64,000 bases of DNA. Source: a virus. The stretch lies in IMG/VR virus record IMGVR_UViG_3300042945_002173. One strand, 5' to 3'. The notes beneath the pieces were generated by a model. That model worked only from the letters and a program-made list of their open reading frames with translations, was not told the origin of the DNA and did not search any database. Position numbers and translations under genes: made by a program. Positions within the stretch are counted from its first letter, which is position 1. Each line of letters begins with the position of its first letter. Positions 7,984 through 15,682 of the stretch are shown piece by piece.

Positions 7984-8174
7984 TGAACCGTTCTGAACTT
8001 CAAGATGCTTTCATTCTGCAACTGCTGGATGACATGGATCTCAAAACAATGACCCAACTCTGTTATGATTATCTGGATGAGGGTTATGCTAAGTATTCTG
8101 ATGAAGAATTGCTCAGTGAGTGTAATGAATACTATCCCGAACTGCTAGGCGATCCTGCCGTGTCGGACGGTTGA
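7983..8174 (+). CDS. Acidic hypothetical protein
   Basis: ORF track; coupled to neighbours. Confidence 0.7.
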   Translation: MNRSELQDAFILQLLDDMDLKTMTQLCYDYLDEGYAKYSDEELLSECNEYYPELLGDPAVSDG

Positions 8175-8243
8175 GCAAGTGGCACACAGGGGGTTGCGAG
8201 CACCGTGCCCCCGTGCCATACTACGTTCATCAGCAAACAACCA

Positions 8244-9143
8244 ATGCAAAACAAGCACCAAGAGCACCCCGAAGACACCATCCTCACGGGCGACCTTTCC
8301 GTTCTGGATTGGTTCACTGCTGCTGGCGCTCTGAGCGTTAAGATCGACGGTGCCCCTGCAATCGTGTGGGGCACTGATCCTGCAACGGGTACGTTCTTCG
8401 TGGGCACTAAGGCAGTATTCAACAAAAAGAAGATTCGTATTGCTCACTCTCACGATGAGATTGACCAGCATTATGAAGGCAATGTAGCAGACATTCTTCA
8501 TTCGTGCTTTGATTATCTGCCACGCACCGAGTCTATCATTCAGGGTGACTTTATCGGGTTTGGTGGTGAAACTGAATACACTCCGAACGTGATCACCTAT
8601 AAGTTCGGTGATGTAGTTTCGCAACGTATTATCATCGCACCTCACACCTATTATGAAGCAAACGATGACCTTCGTGATAGTTGGGCATTGCCCCTGATGG
8701 TGAATCTGCAAAGCGATGATGACGTTCTGTTCGTGAAACCTGATGCCTACATTGTACACAATCAGACCTCATTCGCTGATGTAAAAGAGGTTTGTGATTT
8801 CGCTCGCCAGATGTCAACTGCGTGTGAGTTCGTTTCTAACAAAGAAGCAGCAGAGATCAAAAAGCAAATTAACGCCTGCATTCGTGCGGGTGAAGAGATC
8901 AATCCTGAGGACTTCGATTGTGACACTAACCTGATGCGTTTGTGGGCATTGGTGAAGTCAATCAAAGATGACTGTTTGTTCCTCTGCCGTAACAATGGTC
9001 CTGCTGCTTATCTCTACGGCAACAGAATCGACGCTGAGGGTTATGTGATGACCAATGAGTTTGGTATGTTCAAACTGGTCAATCGTGAGGTCTTTTCTAA
9101 CGCTAACTTCAACCACGGACGCTTTCAGTGTGCCAATCGTTGA
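8244..9143 (+). CDS. DUF6267-like protein with RNA-ligase/nucleotidyltransferase-like motifs
   Basis: HxEHPED, SVKIDGAPA (KxDG), IIQGD, EGYV, FKLV. Confidence 0.55.
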   Translation: MQNKHQEHPEDTILTGDLSVLDWFTAAGALSVKIDGAPAIVWGTDPATGTFFVGTKAVFNKKKIRIAHSHDEIDQHYEGNVADILHSCFDYLPRTESIIQGDFIGFGGETEYTPNVITYKFGDVVSQRIIIAPHTYYEANDDLRDSWALPLMVNLQSDDDVLFVKPDAYIVHNQTSFADVKEVCDFARQMSTACEFVSNKEAAEIKKQINACIRAGEEINPEDFDCDTNLMRLWALVKSIKDDCLFLCRNNGPAAYLYGNRIDAEGYVMTNEFGMFKLVNREVFSNANFNHGRFQCANR

Positions 9144-9209
9144 AGTGGCACAAGGGGGATTGACTCCCCCCTTCTCACCCTTTATAGTAACTTCAGTTCA
9201 ATCAAACCA

Positions 9210-9776
9210 ATGGAAACCTTCCTCGAGACTTCCTTCCAGAATGTACGTTCTTCAAAGCGTACAGATGAGTTCCACAAGGTGCTTTTAGATGAGGTTCTGA
9301 ATGCAAACCCTCAGTGGGCAGAGTATGACTGGCAGTATGAATACCAACTGCCCGTAGACGGTTTCGGAGGCACCTTTGACATTGACATTGCTGGGTTTGT
9401 TGATAGTCAACTTAAAGTTGCAATTCTTGGCAAAGCACTCAACAGCAACATCAACAAAAACATCAAAAATTATGCTAACACCAGTGTAGGCGAAGCGGCA
9501 CGTTTGATGTACGCTCCTGACATCATCCTGGAAAAAGTGCTGTTCGTGAGTGTTCTTCCCCGTGTGGCACCTCGCTTCAACAAAGCAGGCGAAGTTCAGG
9601 GATTCGATGACGTTGTGGGTGCCAAAGAGCGCACTAAGATTAACACCGTTTTGCAGTTCCAATACGGTGGCAAAGTAGAGGCAATCGACCTGTTCTTTGA
9701 CATTGACAATGTTAAAGTTCTGACTGAGTTCAACACCGTTAGCATCAGCAACCTGGATCCGCTGGTGCTGGTGTGA
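9210..9776 (+). CDS. Putative PD-(D/E)xK restriction-endonuclease-like protein
   Basis: EY.LP...FDIDIA...VAILGK..NSNINKNIKNYAN...GE; promoter TTGACT...TATAGT. Confidence 0.4.
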   Translation: METFLETSFQNVRSSKRTDEFHKVLLDEVLNANPQWAEYDWQYEYQLPVDGFGGTFDIDIAGFVDSQLKVAILGKALNSNINKNIKNYANTSVGEAARLMYAPDIILEKVLFVSVLPRVAPRFNKAGEVQGFDDVVGAKERTKINTVLQFQYGGKVEAIDLFFDIDNVKVLTEFNTVSISNLDPLVLV

Positions 9777-9854
9777 CGGTTCAGGGGGTGGCACACGCTG
9801 CCCCCATCCTGCTCCGCTGTGCCTTTATACTGATCTCAGTTCAGACAAAGACCG

Positions 9855-10028
9855 ATGACCCGCTACGACGTGATCTGCCCTTCCGCTCCCTGGGAGAACA
9901 CTACCACTGATGAGGATCGTGCCTACGACCTCTGCTATTCTCTGAGCGAGGACTACGGTTACGCTGAGATTCGCCAGAACGGAATGGTCATCGCAGACTA
10001 TGGCAACCCTGCCACCTTCCTTGGTTGA
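9855..10028 (+). CDS. Cassette protein, 57 aa (MTRYDVICPSAPWEN...)
   Basis: Read manually; ATG after the leader. Confidence 0.75.
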   Translation: MTRYDVICPSAPWENTTTDEDRAYDLCYSLSEDYGYAEIRQNGMVIADYGNPATFLG

Positions 10029-10034
10029 CACTAA

Positions 10035-10060
10035 GGGGAGCAAATACGCTCCCTTTTTTT
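10035..10060 (+). terminator. Intrinsic terminator
   Basis: GGGAGC-AAATAC-GCTCCC followed by a T run. Confidence 0.8.
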
Positions 10061-10080
10061 ATACTTTTCTTTTTTTTATT

Positions 10081-10143
10081 TTATGGCAGGGGGCGTGGCG
10101 ACCGTTTTCGTCATCAGGGCTACCCCGCCCCTTCTTCGCTTGT
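10081..10143. ncRNA. Candidate structured small RNA, three-way junction (copy 2)
   Basis: Homologue of 5825-5886; minus-strand promoter TTGCTG-N16-TATACT at 10177-10150. Confidence 0.5.
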
Positions 10144-10263
10144 GACCTCAGTATAGGGCCGCGGCAATCCCCAGCAACCACTGCTGTGCCAGTTCCCGAA
10201 CCGTCCACCAAACCGCCCACTGCCCCCCTGATGCCCTATACTGATCTCATGAAACAAACCAAG

Positions 10264-10413
10264 ATGACTCACGACGAACTGATCGCTAGCGTGATGGCAG
10301 AGTACACCGCCAAGGTCAACCGTGAGGAAGCATACCGCCAAGCGGTGCGCCGTGGTGAGATCGCTCCCCCTCAGGTCCAATCCACCAACTGGAACATCAG
10401 CGACCGCCATTGA
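10264..10413 (+). CDS. Cassette protein (MTHDELIASV...WNISDRH)
   Basis: ATG after the leader; alternative start at 10249. Confidence 0.7.
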   Translation: MTHDELIASVMAEYTAKVNREEAYRQAVRRGEIAPPQVQSTNWNISDRH

Positions 10414-10454
10414 GCGGCGCTGCCCTTAGAATGACCTCAGATCAAACGAACCCC

Positions 10455-10595
10455 ATGATCCGCTACGAAGTCCGCTACCAGGTGCCCTACAACCAGTGTG
10501 AGTGGCGCTCTCAGTTCTTCCGCACCTATGATGAGGCGATGCGGATGGTAGAGTTCTACCGCTCCTGTGGATCCCCTGCTCACCTGGCACCATGA
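10455..10595 (+). CDS. Cassette protein (MIRYEVRYQVPYN...)
   Basis: ATG after the leader. Confidence 0.7.
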   Translation: MIRYEVRYQVPYNQCEWRSQFFRTYDEAMRMVEFYRSCGSPAHLAP

Positions 10596-10759
10596 TCAAA
10601 GCACTGACCCGCTCCCGTTCCCCTGAGTTTCACCGCGCCACCATGCTGCGCCTCCTGATCACCGCTCTGCTGCTCTGGGGATTCTGGGAACCGCTGCGCC
10701 CCATCCGCAATGTGACAGCTCAGGCACTGGACACCGCTGCCGACCTGATCGCCCGCTGA
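10592..10759 (+). CDS. Small membrane protein (MIKALTRSRS...)
   Basis: Read manually; ATGA overlap; TM segment. Confidence 0.65.
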   Translation: MIKALTRSRSPEFHRATMLRLLITALLLWGFWEPLRPIRNVTAQALDTAADLIAR

Positions 10760-10792
10760 CCCTTTATACTGATCTCAGTTCAGACGACACCG

Positions 10793-10963
10793 ATGATCGA
10801 CCTCCTAAACCGCGTGGGGATCGTTGCCCTTGCTCTGCTCTTCATTGTGGGCGGCGCCCATCTGGCGGCTCAGGGCAATGCCCACCGCAACGCTGAATGT
10901 CGTGCTAACGGTGGCAAGGTGGTTGTCTTTCAGAATCGGCCGCCAGGGTGTGTCCTGCCCTGA
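10793..10963 (+). CDS. TM-anchored two-Cys cassette protein, paralog of 13485
   Basis: Read manually: TM plus GNA....C...GG.V.......C. Confidence 0.7.
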   Translation: MIDLLNRVGIVALALLFIVGGAHLAAQGNAHRNAECRANGGKVVVFQNRPPGCVLP

Positions 10964-11054
10964 ACCCAGTGCCGCCGGCGGCACTGGCACACTGAACCAC
11001 ATGGACCCCCTCCCTGACCCCCTATACTGATCTCAGTTCACAAGCGAACCCACC

Positions 11055-11306
11055 ATGAAAGTTCAGCAAGTCGGTAGCAACCAAACCGAAGTGACCCTGG
11101 CAGACGGGACCTGCATCCTGTTCTCCTACGATCAACCCGTCGCCGCCATCGTGCCTGGCAAAGGGTGGATTCGCACCGCTCAGCAGTGGAGCGCCACCAC
11201 CACCAAGCATGTCAACGCCTGGATTCGCAAGCATCGCGGCAACTACGTCATCGGTGAGGTTGCCAGTGTGCCACAATGGGATCTGGACCAACTGGTGGCG
11301 TTCTGA
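11055..11306 (+). CDS. Cassette protein, 83 aa
   Basis: ORF after the leader; LFSY..PVAA...WS.TT.KH.N.W. Confidence 0.75.
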   Translation: MKVQQVGSNQTEVTLADGTCILFSYDQPVAAIVPGKGWIRTAQQWSATTTKHVNAWIRKHRGNYVIGEVASVPQWDLDQLVAF

Positions 11307-11353
11307 GGGGCGCCACCCCCTACAATACTCTCAGATCAGAGGAACCCCCCCCG

Positions 11354-11551
11354 ATGAAACTCTCCAAAAAGCAAAGGATTGTCGCCGTTCCTATTATCAT
11401 TGTTCTGGCAATTCCTGCTATTCTCCTAAAAGTTGCGACGGAGATTTTCTACATCCTCTCCAACATTTTTGGGGCATCTGCTGATAAATTGGAGAAACTA
11501 AATCTTGCTTGGGGTGAACAGTTTCAAACCTTCATCAAGACTGTCTTGTGA
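11354..11551 (+). CDS. Cassette membrane protein, AT-rich relative to neighbours
   Basis: ATG after the leader; TM segment. Confidence 0.65.
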   Translation: MKLSKKQRIVAVPIIIVLAIPAILLKVATEIFYILSNIFGASADKLEKLNLAWGEQFQTFIKTVL

Positions 11552-11630
11552 CAGTCCAGCAAGTGGCACAAAGCACCGCCGCCTGACCCCCTGACCCCTT
11601 ACAATACTTTCAGTTCACAAGCAACCGACC

Positions 11631-11807
11631 ATGACCTACGCTCAGATCACCGCTTCCAACCTCAGCGCCTCCGCTGCCCGCTCCGCGATCTGTGATCTGG
11701 CAGATCAGTTCTCCTGGGAGACCGTCGCCCGTGAGATGCTCTCCCGCATGTCAGGTGATGAGGCACGGGAGTTTGTGGAAGACTTCCAGCGCCTCTATGC
11801 CGACTGA
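11631..11807 (+). CDS. Cassette protein (MTYAQITASNL...)
   Basis: Read manually. Confidence 0.75.
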   Translation: MTYAQITASNLSASAARSAICDLADQFSWETVAREMLSRMSGDEAREFVEDFQRLYAD

Positions 11808-11881
11808 GGCACTGGCACACGGGGGGCACCAACCCCCCACCCCCGACCTGCTATACTGATCTCAGTTCAAACGACCCGACC

Positions 11882-12067
11882 ATGAAAGTTTACGCCGTTA
11901 TCGCTGGTGAGGATTATGCGGGGCAGGACTTCGATTCCCTGCGCCTGTTCGATTGCCTCTCCGCTGCCCAAGCATACGAAAAAGAACTGCAGCAGCAGTT
12001 CGGCGTAGACTATACCCTGCTGGAGGTGCGGGAGGTTTGCATGGAATCCGCTCTCTGTGCCGCCTGA
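11882..12067 (+). CDS. Cassette protein
   Basis: ORF after the leader. Confidence 0.75.
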   Translation: MKVYAVIAGEDYAGQDFDSLRLFDCLSAAQAYEKELQQQFGVDYTLLEVREVCMESALCAA

Positions 12068-12142
12068 GGCACTGGCACAAGGGTCCTGAGCACCGACCCT
12101 AAACTGCTCTACAATTCTCTCAGTTCACAACCCGAACCGATC

Positions 12143-12349
12143 ATGCGCTACAATCCCGCCACCGATCGCGCCCTGAGCATTGATGAGATCGCCGCGCAGT
12201 GTAAGGCAGCGATCATGAAGGCATCCGCTCCCGCTCCTGCTCCCTGCTCCTGGGAGGATGTTGCTGCCCTGGAGGATGATGACTTCTACGCTGAGAACCC
12301 TGTTCTCTGGGGATTCGCCTGGGAGAATGATCTGATGATCGCCGCCTGA
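12143..12349 (+). CDS. Cassette protein
   Basis: ORF after the leader. Confidence 0.75.
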   Translation: MRYNPATDRALSIDEIAAQCKAAIMKASAPAPAPCSWEDVAALEDDDFYAENPVLWGFAWENDLMIAA

Positions 12350-12355
12350 TACAAT

Positions 12356-12412
12356 GGGAGCGGGAGCGCCTACGGCGGAACGCCTACGGCGTTAACGCCC
12401 TTAAAGACTCCC
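12356..12412 (+). other. Structured leader with twin CGCC-TAC-GGCG hairpins inside a GGGAG/CTCCC stem
   Basis: Direct reading. Confidence 0.5.
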
Positions 12413-12445
12413 ACACCAAACCACAACCCACAATCCTAGCACACC

Positions 12446-12577
12446 ATGTCCCGCGAACTTGCCCTCTCCCTGCTCCGCTCTGGCAACGACGGCGCTGAGA
12501 TCCTGCAGATTCTGGAAACGATCGCCGCCGATGATGGCAGCGACGCAGAACCCACCCTAGAAGAAATCCAATTCTGA
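12446..12577 (+). CDS. Acidic cassette protein (MSRELALSLL...)
   Basis: Read manually. Confidence 0.7.
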   Translation: MSRELALSLLRSGNDGAEILQILETIAADDGSDAEPTLEEIQF

Positions 12578-12647
12578 TAGTGGCACAACGGAGGGGGACA
12601 CCCCTTCCCTTTTGCCTCTATACTGATCTCAGTTCAGACAAAGACCG

Positions 12648-12794
12648 ATGACCGACTTCTTCGCTTCCTACCTCTCTGACCTCTCCGCTCTGTCGGGTGC
12701 TGACCTCTCCTGCCTGCTGTGCGACGCCGTCGACTTCGATGACGATGCTGCCTTTCAGGTGATCATCGCTGAGATGCAGGCACGGGGCATCTGA
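12648..12794 (+). CDS. Cassette protein (MTDFFASYL...)
   Basis: Read manually. Confidence 0.7.
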   Translation: MTDFFASYLSDLSALSGADLSCLLCDAVDFDDDAAFQVIIAEMQARGI

Positions 12795-12828
12795 TCTGCT
12801 ACAATACTCTCAACAGCAACGGACCCCG

Positions 12829-12990
12829 ATGCCTTCCTTCCGCGTTGTTACCACCGATGAGATGCCAGAGGTCCTGGGAGAGTTTCCCAACCTGGCATAT
12901 GCCGATATGTTTGCTGAGGCACTGATGCACCAGAGATGCCAACGCTCAACCGTCGAGCATTGGGATGGCAGGGAATGGGTTTCCCTCTGA
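12829..12990 (+). CDS. Cassette protein (MPSFRVVTT...)
   Basis: Read manually. Confidence 0.7.
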   Translation: MPSFRVVTTDEMPEVLGEFPNLAYADMFAEALMHQRCQRSTVEHWDGREWVSL

Positions 12991-13029
12991 CCCGCGACCT
13001 GCTACAATACTCTCAGTTCAGACAACCCC

Positions 13030-13218
13030 ATGCACTGCACCACCTTCCCCGCCATCGTTTGGAACTGCGCCGATGAGAACGGGTGCATCCGCTGGTCCGC
13101 CGCCTGCCAGGCAGCAAAGGATCATGGTCTGTGGGATGACTTCCGCACCGACTATGGCACCACCGCCCGCTTCGGTCCCGTGGATGCGGGTGAGTTCCTT
13201 TCGTGGTTGGGGTATTGA
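13030..13218 (+). CDS. Cassette protein, DAGExLxWLGY family, copy 1
   Basis: Paralog of 14965 and 15226. Confidence 0.8.
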   Translation: MHCTTFPAIVWNCADENGCIRWSAACQAAKDHGLWDDFRTDYGTTARFGPVDAGEFLSWLGY

Positions 13219-13267
13219 CCCCTGCCCCCTTCGTGCTCTACAATTCTCTCAGTTCAGACAAAGACCG

Positions 13268-13450
13268 ATGACCCGCACCCTGACCGACGACCTCCTGGAC
13301 CTGGCAACTGCCATCGCTGCTGAGATGTATGGTTGCGATCTGGATCGCCTGGACCCTGAGGACCTGGCATGGTATGCTGACCGCACCGACGCAGACAACC
13401 TGGAGGAGATGGCAAACGACCTTGCTGCTGCCGCCTGGGAATCCTACTGA
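13268..13450 (+). CDS. Acidic cassette protein (MTRTLTDDLL...)
   Basis: ATG after the leader. Confidence 0.75.
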   Translation: MTRTLTDDLLDLATAIAAEMYGCDLDRLDPEDLAWYADRTDADNLEEMANDLAAAAWESY

Positions 13451-13484
13451 TCTGCTACAATACTCTCAACAGCAACGGACCCCG

Positions 13485-13661
13485 ATGCAAACTCTCAAAG
13501 CAACCGCCATCGCCCTCCTGGTCATCACGCTGGCGACCGCTGGATACGCTGCCCTGCTCCACAATGGCAACGCCCGCATCGAAGCCAAGTGCGCCGCTCA
13601 GGGTGGGCAGGTCATCACCGCCCCTGGTGAGATCAGCCGCTGCCTCCGCCCTGCCCGCTGA
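13485..13661 (+). CDS. TM-anchored two-Cys cassette protein, paralog of 10793
   Basis: ATG after the leader. Confidence 0.75.
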   Translation: MQTLKATAIALLVITLATAGYAALLHNGNARIEAKCAAQGGQVITAPGEISRCLRPAR

Positions 13662-13698
13662 TCTGCTACAATACTCTCAACCGACACCTCCCCCACCG

Positions 13699-13866
13699 AT
13701 GACCAACCACACCTGGGCCGACAACGCGATGCGCTGCGCCGCTGCCCGCGCTGCCGCCCTGCGTCCCTTTGAGCACGAGTCCTGGGCACACTACCGTCAG
13801 CAGCGGGAGCGGGAGACTCTGACCGCCCTGTGGCATCTCTACTGGGATCATGAGGTCGCCTTTTGA
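13699..13866 (+). CDS. Cassette protein (MTNHTWADN...)
   Basis: ATG after the leader. Confidence 0.7.
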   Translation: MTNHTWADNAMRCAAARAAALRPFEHESWAHYRQQRERETLTALWHLYWDHEVAF

Positions 13867-13898
13867 CCTGCTATAATTCTCTCAACCGCAACGGACCC

Positions 13899-14111
13899 AT
13901 GACCCTCACCCTCCAGGACCTGACCTTTGAAGAACTGGAATCGCTCTGGGATGACTGCCAGCGCAACGGCGACTATGACTTTCAGGATCGCCTGCTGCGG
14001 GAGATGCTCACCCGTGAGGATGCCTGCCCCGAATCCTATGACCTGCTCTGGGAGATGCAGGATGCAGGATGGAACGGTGGGGTCACTCAGGAGGACAGGG
14101 ACGCTCGCTGA
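13899..14111 (+). CDS. Acidic cassette protein (MTLTLQDLTFEE...)
   Basis: ATG after the leader. Confidence 0.75.
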   Translation: MTLTLQDLTFEELESLWDDCQRNGDYDFQDRLLREMLTREDACPESYDLLWEMQDAGWNGGVTQEDRDAR

Positions 14112-14180
14112 ACCGTCCACCTAGGGGCATCCTGCCCCCCTGCCGACCTGCTACAATTCTCTCAGTTCAGACAAAGACCG

Positions 14181-14384
14181 ATGACCAAAGCACAAGCGAT
14201 CGAAACCCTCTCCGCTCAGTTCAACGCTCCCTACGGCGGGACCTTCATCTCCGCTCTGAGCGGTGACCTGATTCAGGACATCATGATGGAGGGTGACATG
14301 GGCAAGACCTTCCACCGCTTTGGTAAGACCATTGTGGAAGACTCGAGTCTGATCGGTCTGGCACGCTACTACCAGACCCACTGA
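14181..14384 (+). CDS. Cassette protein
   Basis: ORF after the leader. Confidence 0.75.
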   Translation: MTKAQAIETLSAQFNAPYGGTFISALSGDLIQDIMMEGDMGKTFHRFGKTIVEDSSLIGLARYYQTH

Positions 14385-14391
14385 ACCCTAC

Positions 14392-14427
14392 GGGGCAGGT
14401 TGACCCCTGCCCCCGACCTGCTATACT
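14392..14427 (+). promoter_or_regulatory. Stem-loop promoter with -35 TTGACC as the loop of GGGGCAGG/CCTGCCCC
   Basis: Identical units also at 14903, 15164, 15426; TG-extended -10 TATACT. Confidence 0.8.
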
Positions 14428-14450
14428 GAACACGTTCACACCTGAACCCG

Positions 14451-14633
14451 ATGACCACCACCACCATCGACGGCATTCAATTCAAGGTCACCCGCCTGCC
14501 CGTTGCCCATGGCGCTAGCGCCAACCGTTGGGCATCCCGAATCAAAGGCGGTTCCTCCCGTGTTCGCACTGGTGCTGGTTCCCGATCGGTTCACCAGAGC
14601 ACCAAGGCAACCGCTCTGCAGGACGTTCGCTGA
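14451..14633 (+). CDS. Basic cassette protein
   Basis: ORF after the leader. Confidence 0.7.
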   Translation: MTTTTIDGIQFKVTRLPVAHGASANRWASRIKGGSSRVRTGAGSRSVHQSTKATALQDVR

Positions 14634-14671
14634 CCTGCTATACTGATCTCAGTTCACAACCCGAACCGACC

Positions 14672-14896
14672 ATGACCGATCCCACCCCCCTGCAGACGAT
14701 CCTTTCCCCCATCCGCTACCCGTTCGCGGTGGCGTTCGTGAAGGGCGATAAGATCGCCCGCACCCTTGCCTACGCCAGCACCCTGGAGGACTGCTACTTC
14801 CAGGTCCAGGGATGGCGCAGCGCCTATGGCAGCGCCGACTACATCATGGCAGAGCAGCAGGAGCGCAGCGGCAAGTCTTACTGGGTTGCCGTTTGA
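14672..14896 (+). CDS. Cassette protein (MTDPTPLQTIL...)
   Basis: ATG after the leader. Confidence 0.7.
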   Translation: MTDPTPLQTILSPIRYPFAVAFVKGDKIARTLAYASTLEDCYFQVQGWRSAYGSADYIMAEQQERSGKSYWVAV

Positions 14897-14964
14897 CCCT
14901 ACGGGGCAGGTTGACCCCTGCCCCCGACCTGCTATACTGATCTCAGTTCACAAGCAACCGACCG

Positions 14965-15156
14965 ATGCCTGAGACCTTCTCCGATCAACTGTTGACCATT
15001 GCCGATGACAACGGATGCGTCACCTATGACGACGCCCTGTATGCTGCCGACCTTCACGGCAGCATGAATGAGTTCCTGCAGGAGTACGGCACCGCTGACC
15101 ACTGGGGAATCTATGGGATCGACGCGGGCGAACTGTTGACCTGGTTGGGATACTGA
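14965..15156 (+). CDS. Cassette protein, DAGExLxWLGY family, copy 2
   Basis: Paralogy visible in the translations. Confidence 0.8.
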   Translation: MPETFSDQLLTIADDNGCVTYDDALYAADLHGSMNEFLQEYGTADHWGIYGIDAGELLTWLGY

Positions 15157-15225
15157 CCCCTATGGGGCAGGTTGACCCCTGCCCCCGACCTGCTATACTG
15201 ATTCCAGTTCACAAGCAACCGACCG

Positions 15226-15417
15226 ATGACCTGCTCCACCTTCCCCGCTCAGATCGCTGAAATCACCAACCCTGAGAACGGGACCATCTTCTGGATCGAA
15301 GCGGCATACGCTGCCAAACAGCACGGTCTGTGGGATGACTTCCGCACCGACTACGGCACGACCTCTGACTTTGGTGGGGTCGACGCTGGCGAATTTCTGG
15401 TGTGGTTGGGGTACTGA
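15226..15417 (+). CDS. Cassette protein, DAGExLxWLGY family, copy 3
   Basis: Paralogy visible in the translations. Confidence 0.8.
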   Translation: MTCSTFPAQIAEITNPENGTIFWIEAAYAAKQHGLWDDFRTDYGTTSDFGGVDAGEFLVWLGY

Positions 15418-15487
15418 TTCCCTATGGGGCAGGTTGACCCCTGCCCCCGACCTGCTATACTGATCTCAGTTCACACCCGAACCGACC

Positions 15488-15682
15488 ATGACCCGCTTCC
15501 CTCTCTCTCAGGCAACCCGCATCGCTGACCGCCAGACCGTGTGGATCTCTGCTGCTGATAATGCTAAGAATGCTGACGGTCGCCCCTCTCAGTACGTTCA
15601 CTGGGGTGTGCCTACTGCCATCATTGCTGGACAGTATTCTGAGTCTTGTGCTCACACCGTCAAAGCACCGTGCTTTGACTGA
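15488..15682 (+). CDS. Cassette protein
   Basis: ORF after the leader. Confidence 0.75.
   Translation: MTRFPLSQATRIADRQTVWISAADNAKNADGRPSQYVHWGVPTAIIAGQYSESCAHTVKAPCFD

Noticed and set aside
10100-10120. Hammerhead ribozyme (minus strand CUGAUGA-C-GAAA)
   Set aside because: No stem II, and the core is not conserved in the other copy (CUGCUGACGACA).
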